From the human T2T-CHM13v2.0 reference genome, Homo sapiens: a DNA stretch of 64,000 bases. The position numbers and the translations under genes are program-made. The notes beneath the pieces are model-generated. The model was not told the origin of the DNA. It made no database searches and saw only the letters and a program-made list of their open reading frames with translations. Below, in pieces: positions 40,639-54,699 of this stretch. The stretch is from the NCBI RefSeq assembly GCF_009914755.1, contig NC_060927.1; one strand, given 5' to 3'. Position 1 is the first letter of the stretch; every line of letters begins with the position of its first letter.

Positions 40639-41219
40639 AAACAAACTGTGGGCATGAATGTGGAATGGAGAGATGGCAGGGAAGCCTGTAGAAACAAAAG
40701 GGGTTTTCTCTAAATCTCATCCTCCTCATTGCCCCTTCCCCATTTCTCCTTCCTTTTCCTTTCCTTAATTCCAGGCATTGTTGACTTCTCTCATCTTCCC
40801 TGGTGCTTATTCTGCCTTTCTCTACAATTACCCATCCCAACCAAACACAACTCTATCTTAGTGGATCTCAGGGCGGTCCTCAGATGATAGAAATGGAAAA
40901 GTAGATAAGCACAAGTCATGTTTCTTTAAGATATATTTAATACAGTTGTACACTTATTTACATCACATCTCATTTCCAAAAGGTCAGCTTGGAAAAATCC
41001 ATATATTACAAGATGGTAAATACTGAGGAAATTGCTGTAGGAAATATCAGAATTGGAGGAATAAGATGACTTGAGTAAAATGCTTAGGGTAGGGAGATTT
41101 TTTTCATGCTTCTACAACTCTAATATCAAAGTCAGGAACTGCTGCTGTACCTACCTCCCCAGTGGAATTTCCTTTGCAGAGGATCCTGAAAAGGAAGATT
41201 CTGATCCAGAGACCTCCTT

Positions 41220-41526
<307 letters not shown>

Positions 41527-42404
41527 CAAGACCTCCTTATTTTACAATGAATTAGAGGAAATAAAGGCCTTATTTTAGTTGGCCCTGAATATAAACCTAA
41601 GAAATATGAAATTATGCCTGCCATCTAAATTACCTAGCTGCTTCCAAGGTGCTGTTGAGTTGTAAACAAATTAAAGAGAAAGCATAATTTGATCAGAGAC
41701 ATGTTACAAAGGACTCCTCCCTCCACACTAGCTCAGAAGCCTCAGGACACGAGCACTAGATTCAACCATGCCAATCAAATTGCCATGTGGTGGGCCTCTA
41801 CTATGTTTACAAAATGATGCACGGAATAAAACATATATTAAAATTGGGTTGTGGGAAATAAACCACCATTCCAAATGTCGACAACACAGAAGCCAGGAAA
41901 TACACATTTCAAGTATTCTCTTTTTATTGCTCATTCATCCAAGTTTCACATGTAAAACCAACATCCTAGAAACCAACCAAAGAGTTTAAAATGCTACTTG
42001 CTACTAATGCAAGAATGGGGTCATTAATTCCTGTCTATTATCTCTTACTGTTGTCTGAGGAACCTCAGATAATACACCTTAACTTAGTTAAATGAAAATT
42101 AAGGTCTGAGTTTTTGTTTTTCATTATGAAAAACAGAATGGAAAACAAAAGATATTTGAAGACTATAAAAATCCTTGAATGGTACAAATATTTAAAAATT
42201 CTAAGTAGTCGTTAAAAGAATTCATGGCCCAGTAGAGGAGAGTGGGTTCAGGGTGTGGACAAAATGAATCCTTAGAGTTCTTTCCAGCCGGTAGCTACTT
42301 CCACACAATTATGATTCCTAATTAGTCCATGACCCAATCTTTAGATTTGCACATCTGATCTCCTAATTTAAAATTACATTTGTAAATGTTTATATTTTTA
42401 TTAT

Positions 42405-42690
42405 CTTAGTGGTTAAAACCTGGGACTCCACAGACAGTTGGACTTGGGTTTCAATTCCAGCTCAAAAATGTGTTAATGATGTAATCTTGGGCAAGTTAAT
42501 TAACTTCTCTTAGCCTCAATTTTCCTGTCTGTAAAAGGAATATACAAATAATATTCTCAATAAATTATTATATTTGCAAATAATTTATATGAATAAATTA
42601 TAACTAAATATTAAATAATATAAAAATCTCTCTATAGGGGTTGTTGTGAGGATGGCATGGTAGTAGGAAGTGCAGTCATTGTTAACATCA
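42405..42690 (+). mobile_element. MIR with internal AT-rich expansion
   Basis: 'tagtggttaa...cttgggcaagttaattaacttctcttagcctcaattttcctgtctgtaaaa' then AT tract, then 'atagggg ttgttgtgaggat'. Confidence 0.8.
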
Positions 42691-43516
42691 ACATCATTAT
42701 CTCCATGATCATATTCACTCCTACCGTCATAATGAATTTTTGCAAAAAACATAGAGGAAATCATCTTCATTTTCTTAAAAGAAAAATAGCCCACCCCAAG
42801 GAAACAGATGAGGGCCATTCATATATATATATATAATTAGTAAAGTAGTAAAGGCCAGTTTTGCCAGACTTAACCTTCCAGAGATACATTATGGGAGCTG
42901 TGCTAAAAGGGAATATAAGGGAAGTATATCACAAAGCCTAAGAATTTGTGGTAACTAGTAACAAAAACTGGGACAAAAGGAAACACATGCCAGCAAAGCA
43001 GGCTCAGGATTCTCTGAGGAAAGTTAGCAAAACCTGGACCGTGCAAGAAAGAAACCAGACTAAACCAGTGTAAAGGCCACTTGCTTGGGCTCAGTGTCTG
43101 AAAGTCAGCACTCCCTCCTTAGGGTGGAGACTTCAAGGTTATATCAGAATTTACTACATAACTTTTGTTGTGAGTTGTTACAGTGCTTTAAAGCTCATAC
43201 AGTATGTAGTCAGTGTAACATAGTACTAAATTTAGGGTGCGGATTTGGTCACTCTTAGCTAATCTTTTTTATTGTCCCAAGAACATCCCAGGATTAAAAA
43301 AAAAAAATCTGAGAATGACTATAGATAGAAAATTGGAACCTGATGAACTGACGGTTTTATTTATAGTCCTAGAGTGGCCAAAATCAGATGAATACCTGAT
43401 TTGTGCGTTCAGACACCGCATGTTATAACATGAACTGCTTTCTTCGACTCTGAAATAAAGTGAATCCTATTCATGGCAATCAGTTTAAAGTAATTCTTTA
43501 AGACACTTAATATTTA

Positions 43517-43707
43517 TTTATTTATTACTATAAGTTCTAGAGTACATGTGCACGACGTGCAGGTTTGTTACGTATGTATACATGTGCCACGTTGGTGTGC
43601 TGCACCCATTAACTCTTCATTTACATTAGGTATATCTCCTAATGCTATCCCTCCCCCCTCCCCCCACCCCACGACAGGCCCCAGGGTGTGATGTTCCCCA
43701 TCCTGAG
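43517..43707 (-). mobile_element. Very short 5'-truncated L1PA (L1PA4/5-like), 3' UTR only
   Basis: 'taagttctagagtacatgtgcacgacgtgcaggtttgttac...'; perfect 15-bp TSD 'gacacttaatattta' at 43502-43516 and 43708-43722. Confidence 0.95.
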
Positions 43708-44169
43708 GACACTTAATATTTAAAGCAGCATAATGTATTGCTTTCTAGAAAGCCCCAAATTCATGAAATCTAGCAAGCAGAAGTCTTGTCTATTTAACCA
43801 GCAATGAGGCATACAAAGAAGTTTTCCAAAAATAACAAAAACCAGAAATTACTTCTTCCTGGAGCTGCAGGGAATCATATTTACCAGCTTCACTGAATAA
43901 TCAACTAAAAGTGGAATTCCTGAAGAAACACTGGCCATAACCAACAAGATACAGAAATCAACATCACGTGAAGCTATTGAGGCCCGTAGAGCAGTCACTA
44001 CCCTGCAGAGATCAAAGGAAAGAAAACACTTCATTCTAGGAGCCTGAGAGCCACGCACGTCCAAGCGCTCTTATCCACACTCTCCTCATAGCTCTGCTGC
44101 AGATACCACTGAGTAAACCAGTCCCTGGCTAATTGTTCCCTTAACAGCAGAGAGTGAAGGATGATGACA

Positions 44170-44435
44170 GCAACAATAACATTAGCTGACACTCGTGAAT
44201 GCTTACTATGTGCCAAGTACTTTTATAAGTGCTTTATTCTACACTAAAACATTTAATTTTCCCACAACACTATGAAGTAGGTGCTATTACGATATGCGTT
44301 TCACAGATAAGGTTGCTGAGGCATAGAAGAGTTAAATAACACAACCAAAGCCACACAGCTAATAAGAGACAAAGCGAGGACTTAAAATTGAGCTTTGACT
44401 CTAGAGCCTCCATTCTCAACCATCAATTTACTGCC
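44170..44435 (-). mobile_element. MIR
   Basis: 'gcttactatgtgccaagtac...cacaacactatgaagtaggtgctatt...ctgaggcatagaagagttaaataac'. Confidence 0.85.
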
Positions 44436-45119
44436 TCTTGGAAAACGGAGGTGTTCTGGTTGATGTCCATTTTCCCCGGTGCTCAGAAGCTTCTCAAGTG
44501 TCTAAGCTAACCTAGCATGAATAAAAGGGGAGGGGTAGGAAAAGGGACAAAAAAAGCTTTGAGGAGAGAGAAATAGGATTGATTTAACAAGCAATCCTGT
44601 AGTTTAATTTCTATGCCTATTAAGTATAGCCGTTCTTCCCTTCAAACTTTTTTTTATAAGAGAACAGAACAAATTTTAATGGAAGTCAGGCAGAGAAAGG
44701 ACAAGAGAGCAAGTAAATTGTTATCTGTAGATCATTGCACAAATGTAAGATATTCTTAGCAGTATTTGAAGCTGTAAGAAATTCAGAGAATGCAATGCAA
44801 TTCTGCACAGACTAACTCACTGTTAGTCTGCTGAGTGTTTGGCCAGCGTGTTAACTCTTTGTGGCTTCTTGCAGTCTTTTACTGAAAAGTTATTTACTTT
44901 CCTGTATTCCTATTACCAAGGGTCTATTCAGGGAATGAAGAAAAAGAACGGCGATTCAGGAAGCAGATGGGGTGAGTGAGCTCAAGGTGAAAGAATGAGA
45001 ACTAAGGTACTTACTCATTTGGCAAATATTTATTGAGCATTTCTTATATGTTATAAGTGCTAAGCATATAAGGAAAACTGAAATAGACCTCCTACCCTTA
45101 AAGAACTTACAGTCTTCTT

Positions 45120-45345
45120 CAGGGGTCAACATTTTTTTTTCTATAAAGGGCTAGATTGTATATGTATATATATGGCTGGGCAGGCCATAAGGTCTCTGTT
45201 ACAACTACTCAACTCGCTATTGTGTCAGGAAAGCAGCCAAAGACAATATGTAAATGATGAGTGTGGCTGCATTCCAATAAAACTTTATTTTAAAATCAGG
45301 CAGTGAGCTGGATTTGGCCCAAGGGCCATAGTTTGCAAACCCTTG
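45120..45345 (+). mobile_element. MER58A, inserted in an L2 tail
   Basis: 'caggggtcaac' ... 'ttccaataaaactttattt...gatttggccc...tagtttgcaaacccttg'. Confidence 0.88.
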
Positions 45346-46074
45346 TTCTGGTAGACATCTCAAGAAAGGCTTACAGGAAAAACAATTTCTGTGTGGTTTT
45401 CTGTTCTGATCTGTTGAATTTAGCCTTGAACAACTTTTGTCCCAGTATCAAATCTTTGAATCTTATTTAGTTCCTCGAGGGTTTTGTAGCTGTTACTCCA
45501 GTCTTTTAGCACTGACTGTTGCTGGGGAAAATCTGTATCCAGCTGATTTTTTCCCCTAATAGGTGACTCCCCAGGTGATTCTTTCATTATCTCTGAGGTC
45601 CAGGAGACTTGTTAGGATATGTTGTAGTGATCCCAATATGAAAGGCTTTTTCTTTCCACAGGAGATTTTAGCCCATTTATGAGTACGGATATGACAAGTA
45701 CTTTTATCATCCTATTTTATATTATGCTTTCTTTTTCTAGCTTCAAAACTTCTTTAACGTGTCATCTTTTGCTTTATATTTTGTGTTTCTTCTCATCTTT
45801 AGTACCATATGTATTTTTGTGCTAGCAGTTATCTTTATAACTGCAACTTATACACTACCTATTAATTTCTTACTATAAATGATGAATTTAATACATTTTC
45901 TCTTTCTCCTTCCTTCCTCCTTCACCTCTACTATCCACTTTTAGTCAATTATTTTATTTTATTTAATAGACACCTTTGTAATGGTTATGTAATATTTTAA
46001 TAGTTACTATTTAATATGCTCTTTCATGTTTTTTGCTAAGGTCATGTTTGGTTTCTTCTTGTATTCTTACTACC

Positions 46075-46442
46075 TGCTGTGGACTGAACATTTGTGTCCC
46101 TCCAAAATTCATATGCTGAAGCCTAAATACTCTATGTGACAGTATTTGGGAGTGGGAACTTTAGGAGGTAATTAGGTCATCAGGGTGAAGCCCTCATGAA
46201 TGGGATTAGTGTCTTTTAGAAGAGACAGGAGAGAGATAATGTTTCTTCTCCTCTCTATTATGTGAGGAAACACAGAGAAAATGGTCATTTCCAAATCAAG
46301 ATGAGTGCCTTCACCAGATGTCAGATCAGCTGATGCCTTGATCTTAGACTTCCCGGCCTCCAGAAGTATGAGAAGTAAATTTCTGTTGTTTAGTCATTCC
46401 GTCTATGGTATTCTGTTTTAGCAGCCCAAACTGACTAAGGCA
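46075..46442 (+). mobile_element. MLT1A/MSTD-like MaLR LTR
   Basis: 'tgctgtggactgaacatttgtgtccctccaaaattcatatg' ... 'gcagcccaaactgactaaggca'; near-TSD ctacc/ctatc. Confidence 0.88.
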
Positions 46443-47699
46443 CTATCTTTATTTTGAGCTCTTACATTTCTGCTTTTTGTTCTAGCTCCACAAAGGTGAT
46501 GGGATTGTTAGGTTTATTTAGTCATAATGGAAAAATGGTTGCGATTATTATCTTTTTGATAGTAATATTTTTTTTCTAAACACGTATCTTTCTCGGCCAC
46601 TGTTTACTATTGCTTCTCATCACTCTTTCTGGTTTCTTACACTGATCCTGTACTCTACATGTTTCATTACTCACCATTGAAGTTGATGGGTATTTTTTGC
46701 AACAATTATTGTGTAGATTTCTTGTTACAGGTGTACTTGAATATTGTTTGCTGTGTGTGTGTGTGTGTATTTATGTGTGTTTACCCTTTCCTTCTCCCCA
46801 TCTAATGGAGATAGACAACTATAGGGTTTTTTGCAATGTAAGGACTTGTGTCTCCTCCACTGCCATGTAAACACCTTGCTTCCTGCAGATGTGGCTTACC
46901 TGTGTAATTCATTTAACCTCATCTCCTTTGTTTCTTGAAAGGAATACAGGTCTGGGGAGTTCCAGCAACCACTGGGATTTAGATATTTTTCACCTGAGTG
47001 TGTGCTTTCGCTTTTCATGGGTGACTTGTTTCTGGCCATCTCTAAGCTCTCTGGCCATGGTGTTTCTCTCTGCTTCATGCGTACCCCTTTGCTTGGGTTC
47101 CACCGCTTTTTATAGCACTTCCGCCAGTTTTGCAGTTTGGGGTTTTGCTGTTATTTAGTTTTTCTGAAAAAATGAGTTTGTATCTGTATCTTTCATTCTT
47201 TTTTCCTTTAGGGGAATGTATCCTTTAGGAGAATTTTCCTAGGGCATGTTGGCTTTGCTGTATTCAAAGCAAAAATCTCAATGTAAGTATCTAACTCAGG
47301 AATGTGAATGTGTGTGAAATTCTCAAAGTGACTAAAGGTAACCTAGGCTGGCTGAAGCTGAAACATGAAAACCAGAAAGAAAAAAAAATTCAGGTTAATT
47401 GTTTCCATATACCTGACTGCCTAAGTAAGCAACATCTTACTAAACAAAACATAGGAAGGCATCCAACCTATTGAGAGCAAAATGATCCTTACCAAACCTG
47501 TTCAAGTTCTTCAAAGAAAGACTGGAGGATGGGTGCGATCACAAGACCAAGACTGGGGAAAACAGGACCTTTCTATGGGGGTAAATAAAATCTTAAGAGT
47601 AGGATGTGATCTCTCTATTCATAGGTACAATGTCGGAATGTGTTTGCAGAATATATTGGGGTTAAAATAAGTGTTTGTTGTCACCTATTTTATTACTTC

Positions 47700-48420
47700 T
47701 AATTTAGTATATTTACACATATACTCACACATATACCTGATTTTGCCTACATGCATAACTTTGATTTTTTTTTTTTTAACTGCAGTGTCATTTTCTCCTT
47801 TATCTCAATAGTTTGCTTCACCCTATCTCCAAAGTGGCACTCTAGCTGGCCCTACCCTCTTTCCCAAGTAACTTATGCTAACAACTTTTTTTTTTGTCTT
47901 TCATGCTTTCCTCCTTATTTATATAATTTACGCACACATGCATGTACATACACACAGATGCACACCACTTCTTTGTCATTATTTACTTTATAAAAAAGAT
48001 TATATTACACATTCTTTTTTGCCTCTAGCATTTATTGAAAACAGTACCTTGTGCTAATTCTTCAAAATCATCTTGAATAGCTCTAATTTGTCTTTTTTAA
48101 TGTCTACATAAGATTTCATGGTATAAGTATATACCATAATTTATTCCGCTATCTCACTATTGATGAACATCCATATATCTTCCATTTTTTGCCACAATGT
48201 AGCAAAAACACATTTTTGCATATGTTTTATGTATCAGTGTTTGTGTTTCTGCAGGATAGATTTCTACAATTGGTAATTGTTGGGTCCAAGGAAATATATA
48301 TTTTGTAGTCTTAATGGAAACTACCATATTGCTTTTTGAAAAGGCAGAAACACCTCATATTTTTACGAGCAATGCATGAAACTCCCCTTTTCTCCACATG
48401 CCCTCAATGAATATTTAAAT
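47700..48420 (-). mobile_element. Old L1ME-like 3' fragment
   Basis: 'tataccataatttattc...ctattgatgaacat', 'ggatagatttctacaattggtaattgttgggtccaagg'. Confidence 0.65.
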
Positions 48421-48569
48421 CAGTTAATTTTGATTTATATTATTTTTCTTATCAGTCTTGGGATAATTTTCTCCTTTACCACAAAGTGGTGTCATGGAAG
48501 AAGACATGGGCAGAGAGAGATTCAAAAGGAAAAGTCATGGTGTCAGACAGTCTCCCATATGGAGCTTGG

Positions 48570-49150
48570 GGAACATTTATTCAGCAAATACTTTTTCAGA
48601 CATTTACCATGCATGCAAGAACTGTACAATGCACTGGCCAAATTTTAAAATACATGCATATGCCCTTTAGAAGTATAGAGTCCACATGGGAATACATTAT
48701 ATAATAAATTATAATGTGCTTGTTCTATTTAGGAAGGCCTGGAATCTGCTTCCTGTTCACATATGACTTTCGGAAACCTCAGATTCCTCTTCTATAAAAT
48801 GGTTTTGATGTTCCTATCTATACTTTGGGATTATTCTGCAAATTATATGGGGAGATGCATGTAAACCACTTATCACAGTATATGGGATAGAGCATGCATT
48901 CAATAAATAGTAGGTGGTATTATTAGTAGTAGCAGTAAAAGTTTATGTATGAGTGTAAGAAGAGTAGACAGGTAGGTTGGGGCCAGAATGGGGAAGACCT
49001 TGAAGGTCAGGTTGAGAAATTTCATCTTTAAACTATGGGCTCTCCAAAATAGAGTGATATGATGAAAAAGATGTTCTAGGAAGATTCCTGGGTCAGTCAT
49101 TACTCAGTAGATAAATTAGGGAATAGAAGGGGCTAGCCGCAAAAAGACTG
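48570..49150. mobile_element. Cluster of L2 and MIR fragments
   Basis: L2 tail 'catttattcagcaaatac'; MIR 'cctcagattcctcttctataaaatgg'; L2 'gtaggttggggccaga...gagtgatatgatga'. Confidence 0.65.
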
Positions 49151-49448
49151 GATAGGAGGTTTATCAGTTAGATACTTCTAGAAATGGGGTGATATTTGAA
49201 ATATTTTTTAAATGGCACAGCACTGGCACTGGGCAATTAAAACACGTGACTGAGTCTTCAAAGTGGTTGCTGGCTGTAAACAACACATTGCTAGCCTAGC
49301 ACATATAAGCCAAATAGCCCTCCTGCTTCTAAGTGAGAGAGCACCTTCCTGAAAATAGCTTAAATAATAGGGATTTGTTTCTGCACACAAAAGTAAATCT
49401 GGAGGAAGATGGTTCTAGAGGTGGTTAATTGTGCAACTTAACAGGAAC

Positions 49449-49890
49449 TGTCAGGGCCCACTCATATCTCTCAGAACTCACCCTTCTGATGTACCCTGTC
49501 CCAAAGGATTCTGATGGCCAGCACTGGTGACTCTCTGTCTGCAGGATCTCTCTAGCCACAGGCATGTTCTCATCCCATGTGTAGGGCAGGCAGGAAGTGC
49601 TAAGGGAGAACACACCCTGGGAGCAGTGCTCAAACAACTCCTCATGAGAACTGGTAGATAAACACTCAGGTTTCCTCACCCCTTGGGTGGGACAACTCTG
49701 TTCTCAACAAGACTGGGGCTCAGTTGCCCACAGAAACCTATCATTAAACACATTCTATTGACCCCCCTTGTCTTTTCCCATCACTTCCCCATGTCCCAAT
49801 TTCTGTTTCCTAAGATCACTCCCCAAATAAACTTCTTGAACTTAAATATTTTTCTCAGGGTTGGCTTCTCGGAAAGGCCAACCTAAGACA
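49449..49890 (+). mobile_element. ERVL solo LTR, LTR16-like, inside an old MLT1
   Basis: 'ggcaggaagtgc', 'ttgggtgggacaactctg', 'gatcactccccaaataaacttcttgaactt...tctcagggttggcttct...aacctaagaca'. Confidence 0.75.
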
Positions 49891-52021
49891 AAGTATGTAG
49901 ATTTGCAGCTTGAAGTCTATCCAACAAGACAGAGGTTCCAGACATTCTTCTCATTCCATCAGAGAAGAAAATATTTCCCAGAAGGTCCATGACGTCCTCT
50001 CCCTTTGTATTATTGGTGACAAGAGGGTCACATGTCCATGCCTAACCACAAACTAATCACAAAGAGAAATGGGTTCACCACAATGCACTTGGACTTGACA
50101 CATTAACAGTAAGTACTTAAACAAAATTGGAGTTTTGTTACAGAGGAAGAAAAAAGAATGGCTGCTGGGTAGGATTCAACAGTCTTGAATAGAAAAGCCT
50201 TCTCTAATAATTTGGGCGTGAGGCAATGAGAACATCTGCCATGGGGTTGGCAGTGAAAATCTTCATGTAAATCCTCGACGAGATTCATCATTCACTGAAT
50301 TTGGAAACTTTCATCTTCGCTCAAGAAAAATGAAAAAGTTTTAGCATTCAACTTGTGATTAACCTACCATGAATCTGATCTGCATATTTCTCACATAAAA
50401 TGGGCTTAATACATCTTAATTGCCCACAATAGGAATAACATTTTTCATAATGATTGGGTATTCACATTGCCCTTTCTCTTCATTTATCTGAGTGATCAGA
50501 CATATGTCAGGAAAAGCCAGGAGTAGATTTGCCACACAGCAGCTCGTGACTACACTATCAAATCAGCCCTCTACACATCCACATTAAGACATATAACACA
50601 GGCATAGGACGGCTGCCTAAAAGTCATTTATTAATATCCAGACAGTCTGAATGGCTAAGACAGGTGATGATTGATAACTTAGGCCACAAAGGGTCTTCAG
50701 AGACAGAATTTAGAGTATATTCTCATTTTGTTTGAATGTCTAACGAAAAGACCAAAGTTGCCTTGTCAACCCTCTCATGACAGCCAGGAGCTACTTCAGG
50801 CAGGCCTTCTGACTCAGCCTGGGACCTTAGCTGCCATTTTGCTTGCTTAACTTTTCCTAAATCCCAGGCAACTGCACAGTTCACCAAGATTGTTTCCCAT
50901 AAGTGAGACCCCTCTGAGGAGGTCATGAAGAAAGAATTCTCCCTGGGCCGGGCCTGTCAAACATTTCACTATTTCACTGCAGATGGGGGAAGGAAGAAGA
51001 GCGAGTGTTTGGGACACAGAACTGTCACCACAGTCATGTCAGCATGTACTTGAGCCCAGCTGCTAATGCTGCCAGTGGCATGTGAGAGGCACGAGGTGAT
51101 GGAATTTGCCTTTAGCCGGTGCTCTTTTATCTTTGTTGGCATGGAAATAAATTGGTTTCACTTTTTTATTTCCTTCTTTGAAAGTTCTTTAAATTCTAAC
51201 AAGCTAATGGAGTCAATCTCTTTTGCCACCCCAATCCAAGTTCATTAACACCCACTCTACATTTTCTCATAACCTCATGCCCCTTTTTAAGCTATGCAAT
51301 CGTCTAGGTTTAGTTTGTTCTATAGGAGAACATACCCAAAGTTGTCTGGTAATTCCCAGTGGAGAGAAAGATTCAGTGAGTGATGTCAGGGAGTTCAGAG
51401 CCCTCCGGAGTTGGTCCGCTTGTTATTCTCGGCCTTGCTGCTCTCTGGGCCGAAAACCAGGAAGACAGGCCTTCAGTAGAAAGCCTCCTTTGGCCATCAC
51501 TACTAGTGGGAGCTGCAGAAGTGGTGGGAGTGGCAGGAGAACTGGTAAACCCCATCCTTACAAACAAATGCTGAAGCTCCTCCACAGAGAAAAACAAACA
51601 AACAGCTGAAGCTTTCAGCTTCATCTCACTCAAGGGTCAGGCATTATATAAGAAAAGACTTGAAGGACCTGGAAGCTTTCTCTCAGTGTTGTATTTTCCC
51701 CACATTTTCTCATGATATTAATAGGAAAGCTCAATATAGCAGGTGTCTGTGGCCCTGAATGAAGGAAATGGAGGAAGGCAGAGCAGAAGGGCTGAGTCTT
51801 GTCCACTACCAGTTTCAGAAGCAACAGAAACCAAGGAATCATGTGAGTGGTGGCAGCTATAAGGAGAGAGCAAGTTAAACTGAAACTCTGGGGGTGTTTG
51901 TGGGAAGAAAATTCAAATGCAGGAAGATGTTCTTGGACTCGGTAGGTCTATGGAAGTAAGACCAAAGCTGTAACTCTAGGAAGCATTGTGTGCCAAGGAG
52001 CTGCATTAGTTTTTAACTCCA

Positions 52022-52295
52022 GACCTGAGCAGTCTAATATGGTACCCATTCACCACATGTGGCTGTTGAGCACTTGTAATGTGGCTTATTAGAACTGTAA
52101 TACATACCACATTTTAAAGACTTCATACCAAAAAAAGGATATTAGATGCTCATGAGTTATTTTTATATTACATGTTGAAATAATAATTTCAATATATTGG
52201 GTTAAATAAAATATGTTATTAAAATTAATCTCACCTGTTTCTTTCTACCAATTTTTAAGGTGGCTCACATTACCTATCTATGGACACCATGGGTC
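52022..52295. mobile_element. MER33/MER3-like hAT-Charlie element
   Basis: 'gtctaatatggtaccc...ccacatgtggctgttgagcacttgtaatgtggct...attgggttaaataaaatatgttattaaaattaat'. Confidence 0.8.
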
Positions 52296-53199
52296 CAGAC
52301 AAAGAGATGCAGAATTTCAAAACTCTGGGTTTTGATAGGTTTGCCGTACTGAAATTGTGTCCTCCTCCGGACCCCTGAGCTTCATGCTTCCTTAAGAAGC
52401 ACTGAAATGGGCCTCAGCAGAGCAGTGAGGTAGGAGAATTTTGTGACAATAAGCCTAGAAAACAAACATGGCTTTCAATTAATGTGTTAACTCTTCCTCT
52501 TGCTTTCAAAAAGAGCCAACTTTGGGAGATGCTGAGGCACAGGAAATAGGAAGCTGGAAAGAGGCGTCAGTTCCCTCCTCTGCCCCAAGTAGTTTTGCTC
52601 TGTTTTAGCTCCACTTTGTCATGAAAATTTGCATCTTCTGCCTGCTGACCCTGACACAGACCAGCAGCCTATTTAAATAATCATGCCACAGGATGGTACC
52701 CAGTATCCTCCCTTCTGCTTCGAGGCACCAAGCACAGAACCATTTTATTACTCACTGTCAGGAGGCAATTTAGACGTTCTGGAAACAAACTTTGTTCTAT
52801 TTGCTCAAGTACTGAAGCTTTCCCTTGTCTTATTGACTTATTACTGGAATTTGCAGAACATTTTGTGAATTCTAGTTGAATAGTAGGTTTCGGTTTTTAA
52901 AAGCCTGTTTATTTTTATTTATTTTTAAGTTCTGTATTTTTCTTTTTTGAGAAAACCCATTCATCTAGTTAACAAAAATTAATGACTCATGCAATGTACA
53001 GGGACATTATCAGATACCTTGTTCTCAATGAATTCCCAGACTAATTGAGTGAGACAAATTTGTTTTTAAGAAAGATTTACTGATACCATTACAGAAATCT
53101 GTGCAGAATACAGAGGCAGGTAAAAGAAGGAGTGATCAATTTTCCTACAGACCAATCAGGAAGGACTCCAAGGGCTTTGAATTCAGATTCCCTAACCCC

Positions 53200-53635
53200 C
53201 ACCACATGCGCACTCCTGCCCTAAGTCTGAGCTCCAAACCAGCGTATCTAGATGCCCCCGGATGTCTCCACTTGGGTGCCCCAGAGACATCTCAAACTTG
53301 ACACATACAAAATGTATCTCATTTTTTAAAAAATCACTCTTCGTATATCTCAAAGTGCCTTCAGTTCCACATCTCAGTAAATGGCACGATTACCTACTCC
53401 GTTCTAAACTATAAGCTGAAGATTACCCTTCATTCCCTCCTTTTCCTCCACCTCAATGCAGCCAACCCATCTGTGAACGCTGTCAATCCTGAGCCATCAT
53501 CTCATCATCTCTCACTTGGGCTGATGCAATTGACCCCTGCATGGAATCCTTTATTCTCATATCTAAGTAGCAGCATACATGAACTTTTACAAACATAAGG
53601 TGATCATGTCACTTTCCTGCTGTGCCTTCCTCATT
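53200..53635 (+). mobile_element. L2 fragment
   Basis: 'tgagctccaaacc...gtctccacttgggtgcccc...acatctcaaacttgaca...catctcagtaaatggcac'. Confidence 0.75.
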
Positions 53636-53639
53636 GGGC

Positions 53640-54508
53640 GTGAAATAAAATTCCACTTCTCTTGGAATCTGAAAAGCTTTTTTACACAGGGCACAGAAAG
53701 TACTAACCAAGAAGGAGAAAACAATAAATTGAATTATTTTGTAGTTAATAACTTCTGTTCAACAAAGAGATGTGAAAAAGCAACCCATAGAGTGAGAGAA
53801 GGTATTTGCAAAACATATATCTGATAGAGGAGTCATATCTAGAATATAAAAGAATTCAAGCAAATCACTAAGAAAAACAGGGACTACTCAATTGAAAATG
53901 AGCTAAATACTTGAACAAATGCTTGACCAAGAGAATATCCAAATGACCAACATACATACAAAAAGTCACTCAGCCTCATTAGTTGTCAGGAACTAAATTA
54001 AAGCCACACTGTAATAGTGCTACCCCCTTCAGGAGGCTAGGATGAAAAAGGCAGACTGACTAATACCAAGTGTGGAGCAATTAGAATGCTCGCACACTGC
54101 TAACAAGAGTGTAAATTGGAACAAACTGGCTGGAAAACTATTTGGCAGTATCTATTAAAGCTGAACATATACATATCCTATGTCCCAGCCATCTTAGCCT
54201 TAGGTATATACATTCCCTTGCCCCAAAACACGTATATATACATACACCAAAAGACAGGTACAATATTATTCTTAACAGCACCATTCATAAATATGCCCAA
54301 GTTGGAAATTAACCAAATGCCCATCAATGTAGACGAATAAATAAATTTTGGTATAGTCACACAATGACATATCCAACAGCAGTAAAAATAAGTTGAATCA
54401 CAGAAAAAAAATGATTGAATCAATATCATACTGTTTAGCAGAAGACAGAAGAATGCCTACTGTATGATTTGTTAACTTACATTCACAAACAGGCAAAACT
54501 AACCAATG
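53640..54508 (+). mobile_element. Old L1M ORF2 end and 3' UTR
   Basis: 'gaaggtatttgcaaaacatatatctgatagagg', 'aactatttggcagtatctattaaagctgaacata', 'aaacaggcaaaactaa'. Confidence 0.85.
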
Positions 54509-54699
54509 CTGAGGCCAGGAGCTGGAGAGTGAGACTCCGTTTCTACAAAAAATTAAAAATTTTTAAATTTTTTAATTAAAAGCATGGTGGTGGGGCACAC
54601 CTGTAGTCCCATCTACTCAGGAGGCTGAGGCGGAAGGATTACTTGGGCCCAGGAGGTCTAGGCTACAGTGGGCCATGATCATGCCACTGTTCTCCAGCT
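54509..54699 (+). mobile_element. AluJ fragment, truncated at both ends
   Basis: 'cctgtagtcccatctactcaggaggctgaggcggaaggattacttgggcccaggagg...atgatcatgccactg'; no poly(A). Confidence 0.88.
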
